DNA of 64,000 nt, from positions 5,940 through 69,939 of the forward strand of contig JAZQZR010000015.1 in NCBI GenBank assembly GCA_045634185.1. The letters run 5' to 3'. Made by a program: the position numbers and the translations under genes. The notes under the pieces are model-generated. The model made no database searches, was not told the origin of the DNA, and worked only from the letters and a program-made list of their open reading frames with translations. The first letter of the stretch is position 1; each line of letters starts with the position of its first letter. Of the stretch, positions 1 through 9,330 are shown in pieces. Origin of the DNA: Bacteroidales bacterium. GTDB taxonomy: Bacteria; Bacteroidota; Bacteroidia; Bacteroidales; F082.

Positions 1-849
1 GTAGTTAGGTTCGGAAGTGCCTTCTATTACACATTCTAATTCTGCAACGTTAAGTATAGGACGTGATGCTTTGTTGGAGCCGATGAAATTGCCAGTGACG
101 AAGACCAGAAAATGAATGTTGTTCAAATCAACGTCAACGCCATTAGGATTTCCAATCACATCAGGAATTTGATATGTGAATTCTAATGGAATGTATGAGC
201 CTGCAGTAGTAGGAGAGAGGTCGGTGCCAGATGAAGGAGTGATAGCGTCGCGGAATGAGTGCATGTGGCAGTATTCTCCGTTAACATATTGAGAAGGGTT
301 TGTGTTGCCGTTGGCTTGCGGTCCCCAGATGCTGTCTTGCACCATGATTATGTTGTATTGGTTGATATCCCATTCACTGTTTGAAGTATAATAGAATTCA
401 ACTTCGAAATTTGCTGTACGTGTAGCTCTGTTGATGACAACTTTACCGCCTATATTGCATTCTGCTGTTTGAGCAAGTTGTTCGTTGGTATAGCTTTCCC
501 ATAAGTTTCTTGCGAGTCCGTTATCGGTAGTGCGGTTAACGAGCCCTGCTGGATAGCCGGAAATATCGAAGCTGTTGTGTATGTCATTTCCATCATCAGT
601 ATTGAAGTTAGGTGGAGCTATAGGTGCGTAACTTCCAACATGAATGCTCGACACCCATACCTTGCCTGGATTGTCGGCAGCTATCTCATTTGCGATTCTA
701 TGTCCGTCGGGGCAATATCCGCAGTTTATTCCGCCGAAGTGTTCTATTAAGACACCTCTTGTTTGAGGCTGTGTTGAAACATATTCTTGAGCGATTATGT
801 TAAAACTCAGAAATAAAACAACAATTAAAGTTGCAAATAATTTCTTCAT
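1..849 (-). CDS. Omp28-related / thioredoxin-like surface protein, N-terminal part (C-terminus lies outside the window)
   Basis: Manual translation from the ATG at 849-847 gives MKKLFATLIVVLFLSFNIIAQ (signal peptide) followed by LIEHFGGINCGYCPDGH. The frame stays open to position 1. The ORF track misses it because it runs off the window edge. Confidence 0.6.
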   Translation of the reverse strand, partial: MKKLFATLIVVLFLSFNIIAQEYVSTQPQTRGVLIEHFGGINCGYCPDGHRIANEIAADNPGKVWVSSIHVGSYAPIAPPNFNTDDGNDIHNSFDISGYPAGLVNRTTDNGLARNLWESYTNEQLAQTAECNIGGKVVINRATRTANFEVEFYYTSNSEWDINQYNIIMVQDSIWGPQANGNTNPSQYVNGEYCHMHSFRDAITPSSGTDLSPTTAGSYIPLEFTYQIPDVIGNPNGVDVDLNNIHFLVFVTGNFIGSNKASRPILNVAELECVIEGTSEPNY

Positions 850-888
850 AGTATGGTTATTATTATTACGAATATAGTTTTATAAAAC

Positions 889-1473
889 TTATTCTATAGA
901 TTTAGAGTTCAGGAACTCAACGAGTTTTTTCGTTGCTCTTCCTCTGTGAGAAATCTCGTTCTTCACTTCCATTGACATTTCTGCGAAAGTCTGGTCGAAT
1001 CCGTCTGGGAGGAAGATAGGGTCGTATCCGAAGCCCTTTTCGCCGTGTTGTTCTTTAGTGATGACACCTTCTACTTTCCCTTCGAAGAAATGTTGTTCCC
1101 CATTGATGTTAAGAGCTATGACTGTTCTGAAGCGAGCCTTGCGGTTTTCGACGCCTTCTAAGGCTTCTAAAAGTTTGTTAACATTATCCTGGTATGAACA
1201 ACCTTCGCCAGCGTAGCGGGCTGAATAAACGCCAGGAGCGCCGTCGAGAGCATCTACTTCCAGACCAGTGTCGTCAGCGAAGCAATCTACATGGAAGTTG
1301 TTTGTCACAAAGTCAGCTTTAATCTTTGCGTTGCCGTCTAAAGTGTCGGCATCTTCAACGATATCTTCATGACAATTGATGTCGGTAAGACCGATAATAT
1401 CAAAATTCTTTATAATAGCACGAAGTTCTTCTAACTTGTGAGCGTTGTGTGTTGCGAATACTAATTTTTTCAT
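889..1473 (-). CDS. rdgB: dITP/XTP pyrophosphatase (RdgB/HAM1 family)
   Basis: 194 aa. [25 protein letters not shown] and SHRG motifs are typical of RdgB. Confidence 0.9.
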   Translation of the reverse strand: MKKLVFATHNAHKLEELRAIIKNFDIIGLTDINCHEDIVEDADTLDGNAKIKADFVTNNFHVDCFADDTGLEVDALDGAPGVYSARYAGEGCSYQDNVNKLLEALEGVENRKARFRTVIALNINGEQHFFEGKVEGVITKEQHGEKGFGYDPIFLPDGFDQTFAEMSMEVKNEISHRGRATKKLVEFLNSKSIE

Positions 1474-1474
1474 A

Positions 1475-1506
1475 CTTGTTGTCTTGTTGTCTTGTTGTCT
1501 TGTTGT
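1475..1506. repeat. Perfect 4 x 8-nt tandem repeat CTTGTTGT filling the ung-rdgB spacer
   Basis: Read directly: CTTGTTGT x4 between the ung stop (1510-1512) and the rdgB start (1471-1473). On the coding strand it reads ACAACAAG x4. Confidence 0.95.
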
Positions 1507-1509
1507 CTT

Positions 1510-2190
1510 TCAAAGACTCCAGTCTATTGGTTTGATATTATTATTTATAAGATATTCATTTGTCTTTGAGAAATGTTTGCATCCGAAGAAGCCTCGTGAA
1601 GCGGAGAGTGGGGAAGGGTGAACAGTTTTCAGTATAAGGTGTTTGTTATGGTCGATGAGGTTTTCTTTAGCGATGGCGTAGTTACCCCAAAGGATGAATA
1701 CGAGGTTCTGCTTCTTGTCGGAGAGCGCTTTGATGGCGGCATCAGTGAAGCGCTGCCATCCTATTTTGGCGTGTGATGCCGCCATATTAGCTCTTACGGT
1801 AAGAGAGGAGTTGAGCAGAAGTACACCTTCTTTAGCCCATTTTTCCAGATTGCCATTAATGGAAATAGGTATGCCTAAATCCTGATTTAATTCTTTGAAG
1901 ATATTGAGAAGACTTGGCGGTCTCTGTATTCCGTCTGGCACCGAGAAAGCCAGGCCATGAGCTTGTCCTATGTTATGGTATGGGTCTTGTCCTATAATCA
2001 CTACTTTTACATCATCGAAGGGTGTGAGGTTAAAAGCATTGAAGATAAGAGGTGCTGGAGGATATACAACAAATTGTTTTTTCTCTTCAATGAGAAATGA
2101 TTTGATGTCAGCAAAATATGAAGATTCAAATTCGTTTTTTAAAGCTTCATACCACTTTTCTTCGATAATAGGTTTTTTAGATATGTTCAT
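1510..2190 (-). CDS. ung: uracil-DNA glycosylase
   Basis: 226 aa. GQDPYH and HPSPLSA motifs are diagnostic of family-1 UDG. Confidence 0.95.
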   Translation of the reverse strand: MNISKKPIIEEKWYEALKNEFESSYFADIKSFLIEEKKQFVVYPPAPLIFNAFNLTPFDDVKVVIIGQDPYHNIGQAHGLAFSVPDGIQRPPSLLNIFKELNQDLGIPISINGNLEKWAKEGVLLLNSSLTVRANMAASHAKIGWQRFTDAAIKALSDKKQNLVFILWGNYAIAKENLIDHNKHLILKTVHPSPLSASRGFFGCKHFSKTNEYLINNNIKPIDWSL

Positions 2191-2279
2191 TAAAAAAATA
2201 ATTTATTAATGTACAAATATCGGCAAAAAATCGTTTATTTTGCATAACGAATTTGAAATAAAATTAATTCTTAAAAATA

Positions 2280-2408
2280 ATGAAAAAATTATTGTATTTA
2301 TTGGTTATCACCTTCATCTTAGGTATAGTTTTAACATCATGTCATCAAAGCAAGCCATGTCCTGCTTATAACAGTTATAAGTATTATCAGAAGGAAAGCG
2401 CATTCTAA
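2280..2408 (+). CDS. small putative lipoprotein (42 aa)
   Basis: Manual translation gives MKKLLYLLVITFILGIVLTSCHQSKPCPAYNSYKYYQKESAF, with a signal peptide and a lipobox Cys. A terminator hairpin follows. It is too short for the ORF track. Confidence 0.4.
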   Translation: MKKLLYLLVITFILGIVLTSCHQSKPCPAYNSYKYYQKESAF

Positions 2409-2440
2409 AAGATTTATTTTTTTTAGTTTCATGTAAAATA

Positions 2441-2472
2441 AAAAAAGAGCATCAATTTGATGCTCTTTTTTC
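2441..2472. terminator. bidirectional intrinsic terminator hairpin
   Basis: The palindrome AAAAAGAGCATCAA/TTGATGCTCTTTTT is flanked by an A-run and a T-run and sits between convergent genes. Confidence 0.75.
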
Positions 2473-2490
2473 TGTTATATGGAGATTTGA

Positions 2491-5400
2491 TTAGTAAACC
2501 AAAATCTTAGCTGTTTCAACTTTTTCACCAGCTTGAACTCTGATGATGTATGTACCTGCTGTGAGGTTTTCAACATTGAAGCTAGCTTTGTGTGAACCTT
2601 GGTCATAGTTGCCTAATACTTGGTTCATCATCATGCGACCTGACAAGTCATAGATTTGATATGAAACTTGTGCTGATTTTTCGATGCTGAAGCTGATTGT
2701 TGCATCGCTAACGATTGGGTTAGGATAGATGCTCATGTCAGATGTGTTAGCAACGATATTTTCTTCAACATTGATTTCGCTATTTTCAACTTTGTAAGTA
2801 TCACATTTGTATAAACCTCTACCGTATGTTGCGATGTAGATAACGCCTTCATTGAAGATGCCAGGATATTCTGTTGTTACAACATCACCAACTTCGTCAA
2901 CGAGGTGGATGTATTTATTGTCGTGGTTAGCTAATATTTGTTGTTTGATATCCATTACAGGGATGTTAGCGATAACTGCATCTTGTGTCCATGTTGACAT
3001 ATTGTCTGATGTGTAGATACCGTTTTCTGTACCGAGGATAACTTTGCCTGTTGTCTTTTCAATGAGACTTGAGTAAACTGGCATTGCTGGTAAGTTACCT
3101 TGTTTTGATGTGAATGATGCACCACCGTTTGTTGAGTAGTATACATAATCTGTATTACCATAGTTACCTAAAGTAACAACAATATTGTCTGAATTTTCTG
3201 GATCGATAGCGATGCTTGTGATAGCGCGGCCTTCGAATTCTGTTGCATCTAATTCAGCTGATGGGATAGCAGATGTTTTGATTGTAGCAACTTTAATAGT
3301 ATCGCTCCAAACATCGTTTTTATCTTTAGCTGTTGAAACTAAGTAGTAGTTTGAACCGAGGCTTAAGTCTTCCCATGTTTTTAATTGATATGTTGTGTAA
3401 AGTTCTTCTGCACTTTGAAGTTCGTCAACGATAGCTTCTAAGCCCATATCTTCGTATTGAGCTTCTGTGTATAAGTTGTAGTTGAAACCACCAACATATT
3501 TATTAGGAGTTACTCTTGTTTTGATGAATGTTCCGCCTAATGCTTCAACTTTGATTGTTGTTTCTGCGATTGAGTCGCCGAGTGAGCTTGTTGATGGGAT
3601 ATCTGTTAAACCTAATGCGAGTTCGCTTGTTACAGCTTCTGATAAACTTTCATATTTGTAGATGTTGCCATCGATAGTACCAACGTAAGCTACGTCGCCG
3701 TCAGCTGAGATTGATAAAGCGTTAGGAATGCCGTTGATTGTACCTATTTTCCACCAATCGACTAATCTGTCGAACATTAAAGCGTCTCTTGTCATATATA
3801 CAGCACCTTCAACTGCTACCATGAATGTAGAAGAGATGATGTCTTGTACTTCGATTGAATCGCCAACTGCTAATGCTTCTGTGAGTTGATATTCGAATGG
3901 ATATTCTGAGTTGTTACTCTTAATCAAAACTGTTGAACCAGCTGGAGCATCGATAGTATCTCTGTTGATATATTTTGCTGTAAGAGGAGATTTTGTATCG
4001 TTATAGTTTTCAAACAATGCGATAGGAGTTCTGAAAGCGTTGCTGTTTGAAATGTATGCTGATGATTCTGTTGCTGAATATGAGAAGTTTTCTTTGTCGT
4101 AGTCAACACCTGCAGTTTGTGTTCTGAAGATTGGAGTACCAATGCTATAACCGCCTGTTACTGTTACGTACATTGCGTTAGGGTTGATTGTTGACATAGC
4201 ACAAGGACCTGCTGCTTTTGTGAAGTCGAATGCTCCATATGTTTCAGCAGCATTTGTTGATGCGTTGTCATTAGGGAATATAGCATTACCAGCTTGTGTT
4301 TCTGCATTGATTGAAGCGTCACCGATAACGTGGATTGTACCATGATCGAGGCTAGCGCCAATACTTGCATTGTTGTCTTTACCTGTGAAAGCAACGCTGA
4401 ACATTCTTGCTACTGATGTGTGGTTTTCAGCATCAAACATATAACGGTTCATGCCTTCGAATTGGTAACCAGTTGCTGCGCTGCATGTGCCTTTGAATAC
4501 ACCGCCTTCGCTACCGACGAAGAATTCGTTAATGTTATTTGGATTGAATGTAATGCTTTGGATACCTGTGTGGATATATGTATAATTGTAGTATGATACA
4601 CCACTTGATTGAGATACCTGGAATGCATTGCCATTTGATAAGCATTCTAATCTGTAGATGCCATCGCCGAATTGGTCATACATAACCCATAAGTTAAGAC
4701 CGCCGATTAAAAGTTTTCTTGGGTCGTTAGGATAAACTGCGATAGCGTTGTCTAATAAACCGCGTGAACCGAAAATGTCATAGATTGTAGTTGCTGTATA
4801 AGCTGTTTGCCATGTTGCACCGTGGTCGCTAGTCATATAGATGTTGCCTGTTCCGTATGTTGATGTGAGGTAAGCAACATATATAATGTTGTGATCTGAT
4901 GGAGCAGCAGCTAACATTTTGTAATTTTCATCTTTTGGCAACATGTTTTCTTCACCTGTTGTAACGATTTCAAAACCGTTAGCTGTTGACATATAAACGT
5001 CTGTACCAACAACAGCGATGATGTCACCGTCTGCACATGTTTCAACACCAAAAGCTTCTCCTTCGATTAATGTTGACCATCCGTTGTCATAACATTTGAC
5101 ACCTTCATTTGTAGCAGCGTAAACTTTGTTGCCATAAACTGCTAAATCATTAACGAATGTTGATGTGCTTTCGATTTGTGTTAATGTTTCACCTTCTAAT
5201 TTGTAGATACCACTACCTACGAAGCTGCTTTCATAGTTAAGGTCTGAGAGACCGTTTTGGTTGTGAGCGCCGCGGCCGTCACCTGTACCAACGTAAATAG
5301 TGCCATCTTCAGTTTGAGCTATGCAGCTAACCATTAAGTTAGAACCGATAGTCTTCCATGTGATACCACCGTTAACTGACTTGAAGACACCGCCACCCAT

Positions 5401-5733
5401 TGTTCCAATGTAAATGGTTTTGTTTGTAGCATCTTGATTGTCATAAACGATACCTCTTGTTAATGAACCATAGTTGTCTGGTCCTAATGATGTCCAGTTT
5501 AATTCACCGTCTCTTGATTGTGAGCCTTTTGTCGCTTCAAGTAACCATGCTGGATCAATTAAGCCAGTCTCTTGGTTGGCGCGAATGCTCTTCATAAATG
5601 ACTGTGCAGTTGGTTGCATAACAGATCTTGGATTGTATTTTCCAGAATCACTGTTTGCATTAACTACAAAACTTGTTTGCGCTAAGATAATGATTGTCAA
5701 AAGCAAACTAATTGGTAAAAATCTTTTTTTCAT
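2491..5733 (-). CDS. T9SS-sorted BNR/Asp-box (sortilin/VPS10-like) repeat protein
   Basis: 1080 aa with a signal peptide. Repeated S-x-D-x-G-x-T-W boxes (SVNGGITW, TSDHGATWQ, STNGGASF, SDNMSTWT). C-terminal YPNP...GTYIIRV sorting domain. Confidence 0.85.
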   Translation of the reverse strand: MKKRFLPISLLLTIIILAQTSFVVNANSDSGKYNPRSVMQPTAQSFMKSIRANQETGLIDPAWLLEATKGSQSRDGELNWTSLGPDNYGSLTRGIVYDNQDATNKTIYIGTMGGGVFKSVNGGITWKTIGSNLMVSCIAQTEDGTIYVGTGDGRGAHNQNGLSDLNYESSFVGSGIYKLEGETLTQIESTSTFVNDLAVYGNKVYAATNEGVKCYDNGWSTLIEGEAFGVETCADGDIIAVVGTDVYMSTANGFEIVTTGEENMLPKDENYKMLAAAPSDHNIIYVAYLTSTYGTGNIYMTSDHGATWQTAYTATTIYDIFGSRGLLDNAIAVYPNDPRKLLIGGLNLWVMYDQFGDGIYRLECLSNGNAFQVSQSSGVSYYNYTYIHTGIQSITFNPNNINEFFVGSEGGVFKGTCSAATGYQFEGMNRYMFDAENHTSVARMFSVAFTGKDNNASIGASLDHGTIHVIGDASINAETQAGNAIFPNDNASTNAAETYGAFDFTKAAGPCAMSTINPNAMYVTVTGGYSIGTPIFRTQTAGVDYDKENFSYSATESSAYISNSNAFRTPIALFENYNDTKSPLTAKYINRDTIDAPAGSTVLIKSNNSEYPFEYQLTEALAVGDSIEVQDIISSTFMVAVEGAVYMTRDALMFDRLVDWWKIGTINGIPNALSISADGDVAYVGTIDGNIYKYESLSEAVTSELALGLTDIPSTSSLGDSIAETTIKVEALGGTFIKTRVTPNKYVGGFNYNLYTEAQYEDMGLEAIVDELQSAEELYTTYQLKTWEDLSLGSNYYLVSTAKDKNDVWSDTIKVATIKTSAIPSAELDATEFEGRAITSIAIDPENSDNIVVTLGNYGNTDYVYYSTNGGASFTSKQGNLPAMPVYSSLIEKTTGKVILGTENGIYTSDNMSTWTQDAVIANIPVMDIKQQILANHDNKYIHLVDEVGDVVTTEYPGIFNEGVIYIATYGRGLYKCDTYKVENSEINVEENIVANTSDMSIYPNPIVSDATISFSIEKSAQVSYQIYDLSGRMMMNQVLGNYDQGSHKASFNVENLTAGTYIIRVQAGEKVETAKILVY

Positions 5734-5830
5734 ATCACCTAATTTAGATATTTATTACTAATATATAATTCACCTTTTAAGGGTGCTAAATTACTATAAT
5801 TTTTGAATACACGCAAGTTATTTTTATAAA

Positions 5831-5868
5831 AAAAACATTAATTTTTTCTTGAAAAAAGAAATGTTTTT
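5831..5868 (-). terminator. AT-rich hairpin downstream of the bat operon
   Basis: AAAAACATT...AATGTTTTT with an inner TTTTTTC/GAAAAAA stem and a T-run on the minus strand. Confidence 0.5.
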
Positions 5869-5906
5869 CGTTATATTTGTAATAATCAAAATATCAAATA
5901 CTTATT

Positions 5907-6680
5907 TTAATACTTGATGGTTGTTGATGATGGTATCCAACCGATGCTTCCGTTTGCGATTTTTATCTTGTCCCAGTTGTCAGCATGGTCCAATATTTTC
6001 ACTTTTGATCCTTCATGTAATACGAATAAATCAACGCTTGATGATGACGGAGAACTTTTGACAGTGATGGTTGGTGTTATTATTATGCCTTCGTTTTGGC
6101 CTTTTATATAGTTTGATTTCTTGATAGTAATGCTAAATGAGCATATCGACGTTATTATTAGTATTAGGCCGATAAAAAACATGCTTTTCTTTAAACCTCG
6201 TGTTCTCGCTGTAAAATAGAAATACAAACTAATCAGTAATAATCCGAAAACAATCAATGTAATTATTGACCATGTGTTAATGCTGAAAGTGTTGCTGATG
6301 TTTTTCCACCATGTTTTAATAAAAAATTCTGGAACACTTTCTATTTTGTCGCTTATGAATGCCTGAGCTATTTCTATATTGTGTTTTGTATCTTCATTCT
6401 TAGGATCAAGCTTCAATGATTTCTCATAGTAATAAATAGCCAATGGATAGTTGCCTATTTTATAATAGGTGTTGCCTAGATTGTAAAATAAAGTCGCTGA
6501 TGAATACCCTTTGTTGATGATGCTTTCATAAACTACAGCAGCAGAGTCGTAGGCGCTCTCATTATATAAGGTGTTGGCCTTGACTAATAAGTCCTCAGGT
6601 TTCTGTGCTTTTGTCTCGGTTGCCATGAAACATATCATGACAAAAAATATTATTCCTATTATGTATGTTCTGTTTTTCAT
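5907..6680 (-). CDS. batE: BatE-like TPR + SH3 domain protein
   Basis: 257 aa with a signal peptide, TPR repeats, TM segments and a C-terminal SH3b-like region (GSIGWIP). It is the last gene of the Bat operon order. Confidence 0.8.
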   Translation of the reverse strand: MKNRTYIIGIIFFVMICFMATETKAQKPEDLLVKANTLYNESAYDSAAVVYESIINKGYSSATLFYNLGNTYYKIGNYPLAIYYYEKSLKLDPKNEDTKHNIEIAQAFISDKIESVPEFFIKTWWKNISNTFSINTWSIITLIVFGLLLISLYFYFTARTRGLKKSMFFIGLILIITSICSFSITIKKSNYIKGQNEGIIITPTITVKSSPSSSSVDLFVLHEGSKVKILDHADNWDKIKIANGSIGWIPSSTTIKY

Positions 6681-6685
6681 GTCTC

Positions 6686-8530
6686 TTATTTTAAAAGTTT
6701 CTCGGCTTTTGTTATTAAATCAAATCCTTTTTGATATAATTCATCCATTTTCTTGCTTGGGTCGCCAGGTGCAAATCTTGCAAATTCACAATTGTGTAAT
6801 ATATCAATGAATTCATTTACAATATCTTCACTAACGTTTTTGTTTAACATCATTTCCTTGACAGTGTCCATCGATAATTGTGAACGAACAATATTCAACT
6901 TATCGGAAATATATCCCCATAATGCTTGTGAGAATTCCTCATAAAAGCCATTTTGGTTGTTGCTCTTCAAATAGTTGGATGCATTTAAAAGTCGTTTCTT
7001 CGCAACTTTTGTAGCTTGTTTGTTTCTGACCAAAACCTGATTCTTGTTCAGTTTGTTCATTTTGTTATTTATGATAATAGCAGCTACAAAAATTATTGCC
7101 ATTAAAACTAAGATAATAATATATGCAGGCGACATGAAGAACATTACACCTGTGATGCTCAACTTGTTGTCGGTGGTATTAATGTGTTGGATGTCTTTGC
7201 CTAAATATTTGATGTCGGCTTGTCCTGGAGTATAAATGGCGCCGCTGCCTGGTGTAGTATCTCCTTTTTTAACTTGTATGTTGTAAGCCTCAGAACTTAA
7301 TGTTTCATATTTATTTAATGATGGATTGAAATATGAAAATAATGTTTCCTTTAAATTGAAATCGCCTGATACTCGTGGTATTATAATGTATTCGGCCTTT
7401 TTACTTCCTGAAATTCCTAAAGCATTGTCTTTTATTGATGATGTGATTTTTGGGTCATAGACTTCAAAATCAGGAGGGAAGACAGGTTTAGGTAATTCTA
7501 ATAATTCGATATTGCCTTTTCCTGATACGGTTAATGTCAAAGTGAAAGCTTCATTTACTTTGAGTTCGTTCTTGTCTATCTTTGATGTGAATGTGAACTG
7601 TCCTACTGCACCTTTGAAACTATCAGGCTTGTTTGTAGTAGGCAATGGCTCGACTTCAATTGTAATAGGCTGTGATTTAATGTCTTTTCTAACGTTTGTA
7701 TATGATGTTCCTAATACATCTCCAAAGAAGTCTTCAAAAGGGTCGTAGCCTTGTGAACGGTTTCTTTGTTGTCTAATTTGTGCTATGCAATTGATGTCTA
7801 ATGGGTCTATTGTTAAACTTCCTGTCTTTTGTGGAAACAAAACAATTTCTTGAATAGTTGCAACATTATATTGTTGTCCATCTCTCATAATAGATGACTG
7901 CTGCAATGTTCCGTTGTTGTCTGTTACGTCTTTTGTCCAAAATCCTGAATATGATGGGGCTTTGGAAACAGATAATTGTGAAATTGGAATGGTGTAATAT
8001 ATTTTATATGTGAGCATTATCTGTTCTCCAAGATATACTTTTTTCTTGTTAGGAATCGCTTCAAGGAAAACTTCTTTGCTTAGGTCTTTTACTTGAGTAT
8101 TTGAATTGTTATTATAGCTGCCATTAGAATATGTGCTGTTGTTTGATGCAACAACGTTTATTTCGCATGGTTCACTTGTGATTTTCTTCTTGTCAACTGT
8201 TATGGAGGCTTGTGGAATTACGAAATTACCTTCCTTAATTGCGCGTAAATGAAAAGAATATGTCTGTATATTTGTCTTTGAAACAGAACCATTTATTATT
8301 TGTACACTTGAACTCGTTGATTTGAATGGGCCTCCGATGATTTCAAAATTGTTGAAATTTGGTGCCTTGAAATCTTTGCCGTCGGCATTTAATTCATAAG
8401 AAACTTGGAATTGTTCTCCTACAGATACTTGTCTTTTGCATATTGTTTTAAATGAGACATCGGTCTGTGCTTCAAGAGAATATGCTGCTGCAAATAAAAA
8501 TGTTATTATATATAAGAGTTTCTTTTTCAT
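6686..8530 (-). CDS. batD: BatD oxygen-tolerance protein
   Basis: 614 aa with a signal peptide, a late TM helix and a C-terminal cytoplasmic domain. Size and operon position match BatD. Confidence 0.8.
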   Translation of the reverse strand: MKKKLLYIITFLFAAAYSLEAQTDVSFKTICKRQVSVGEQFQVSYELNADGKDFKAPNFNNFEIIGGPFKSTSSSVQIINGSVSKTNIQTYSFHLRAIKEGNFVIPQASITVDKKKITSEPCEINVVASNNSTYSNGSYNNNSNTQVKDLSKEVFLEAIPNKKKVYLGEQIMLTYKIYYTIPISQLSVSKAPSYSGFWTKDVTDNNGTLQQSSIMRDGQQYNVATIQEIVLFPQKTGSLTIDPLDINCIAQIRQQRNRSQGYDPFEDFFGDVLGTSYTNVRKDIKSQPITIEVEPLPTTNKPDSFKGAVGQFTFTSKIDKNELKVNEAFTLTLTVSGKGNIELLELPKPVFPPDFEVYDPKITSSIKDNALGISGSKKAEYIIIPRVSGDFNLKETLFSYFNPSLNKYETLSSEAYNIQVKKGDTTPGSGAIYTPGQADIKYLGKDIQHINTTDNKLSITGVMFFMSPAYIIILVLMAIIFVAAIIINNKMNKLNKNQVLVRNKQATKVAKKRLLNASNYLKSNNQNGFYEEFSQALWGYISDKLNIVRSQLSMDTVKEMMLNKNVSEDIVNEFIDILHNCEFARFAPGDPSKKMDELYQKGFDLITKAEKLLK

Positions 8531-8571
8531 TTTTTAAAATTTGATTTGCAAAAATAAGACCTTATTTAATA

Positions 8572-9330
8572 TTACCAATCTTTTTCTGATTTTCTTTTTT
8601 GCATCATAGATGCTTTTTTCTCATTCATTTCTTCCATTGTCTCTTTCTCTTGGTTTTCAAGAGCTTTCAACATTCTTTCAGCATCTTCTTTTGACATTTG
8701 TTGTTGCTGCTGCTGCTGTTGCTGTTGCTGCTGTTGCTGCTGATCTTGTTCTTGATCTTGATTCTGCTGTTGTTCTTGATTTTGTTGTTGCTGTTGATCT
8801 TGATTCTGATCTTGTTCTTGATCCTGATTCTGCTGTTGTTGTTGTTGTTGTTGTTGTTGTTGCTGGTTTTGTTGCTGTTGCTGTTGAATCATTTTCCAGC
8901 GAGCATATTCTAAATTGTATCTGAAGTCTTCGTCATCAGGGTTTATTTTAAGAGCTTTTTTGTATGATTCAAAAGCCTCGCCATATTTTTCTTGTGCCAT
9001 CAATGTGTTGCCAAGGTTGTAATATGCATTGGCTTCAATTTCATTTGAAGTGTTTCGTTCTGTTACACCTGAAAATGCTTTTGATGCTTCTTCGTAATTT
9101 TTTTGTTCGTATAAAGCGTCGCCCAAATTAAATTGTGCTTTTGGACTATACTCCTTATCCAGTGATTTTCTGTAATTTACTTCAGCTTCTGAATAGTTGC
9201 CATTTTTGAATTCTCTGTTGCCATGTCTGATATGGCCTTTGTCTGTCTGAGCTTCTGAAGTCAGCCAGACAAATGTAAACAATATGCTAATGCCTATTTT
9301 AATATTAATTGTTTTCATCTTTTGGCTCAA
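8572..9330 (-). CDS. batC: BatC-like TPR protein with a 63-residue Q/N/D/E-rich tract
   Basis: 252 aa with TPR repeats followed by a poly-Q tract. The start may instead be the MKT codon 12 nt downstream. It overlaps the end of batB. Confidence 0.8.
   Translation of the reverse strand: MSQKMKTINIKIGISILFTFVWLTSEAQTDKGHIRHGNREFKNGNYSEAEVNYRKSLDKEYSPKAQFNLGDALYEQKNYEEASKAFSGVTERNTSNEIEANAYYNLGNTLMAQEKYGEAFESYKKALKINPDDEDFRYNLEYARWKMIQQQQQQNQQQQQQQQQQQQNQDQEQDQNQDQQQQQNQEQQQNQDQEQDQQQQQQQQQQQQQQQMSKEDAERMLKALENQEKETMEEMNEKKASMMQKRKSEKDW
8698..8886. repeat. CAA/CAG-rich low-complexity tract encoding the BatC poly-Q region
   Basis: 189 nt of (CAR)n interspersed with GAT/GAA/AAT codons, containing internally duplicated blocks. 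Confidence 0.9.

Noticed and set aside
8610-8924. Plus-strand ORFs (poly-V/A/L and poly-L) opposite the BatC poly-Q tract
   Set aside because: They are a mirror-frame artefact of the CAR/YTG repeat DNA. BatC on the minus strand has the TPR domain and fits the operon context.
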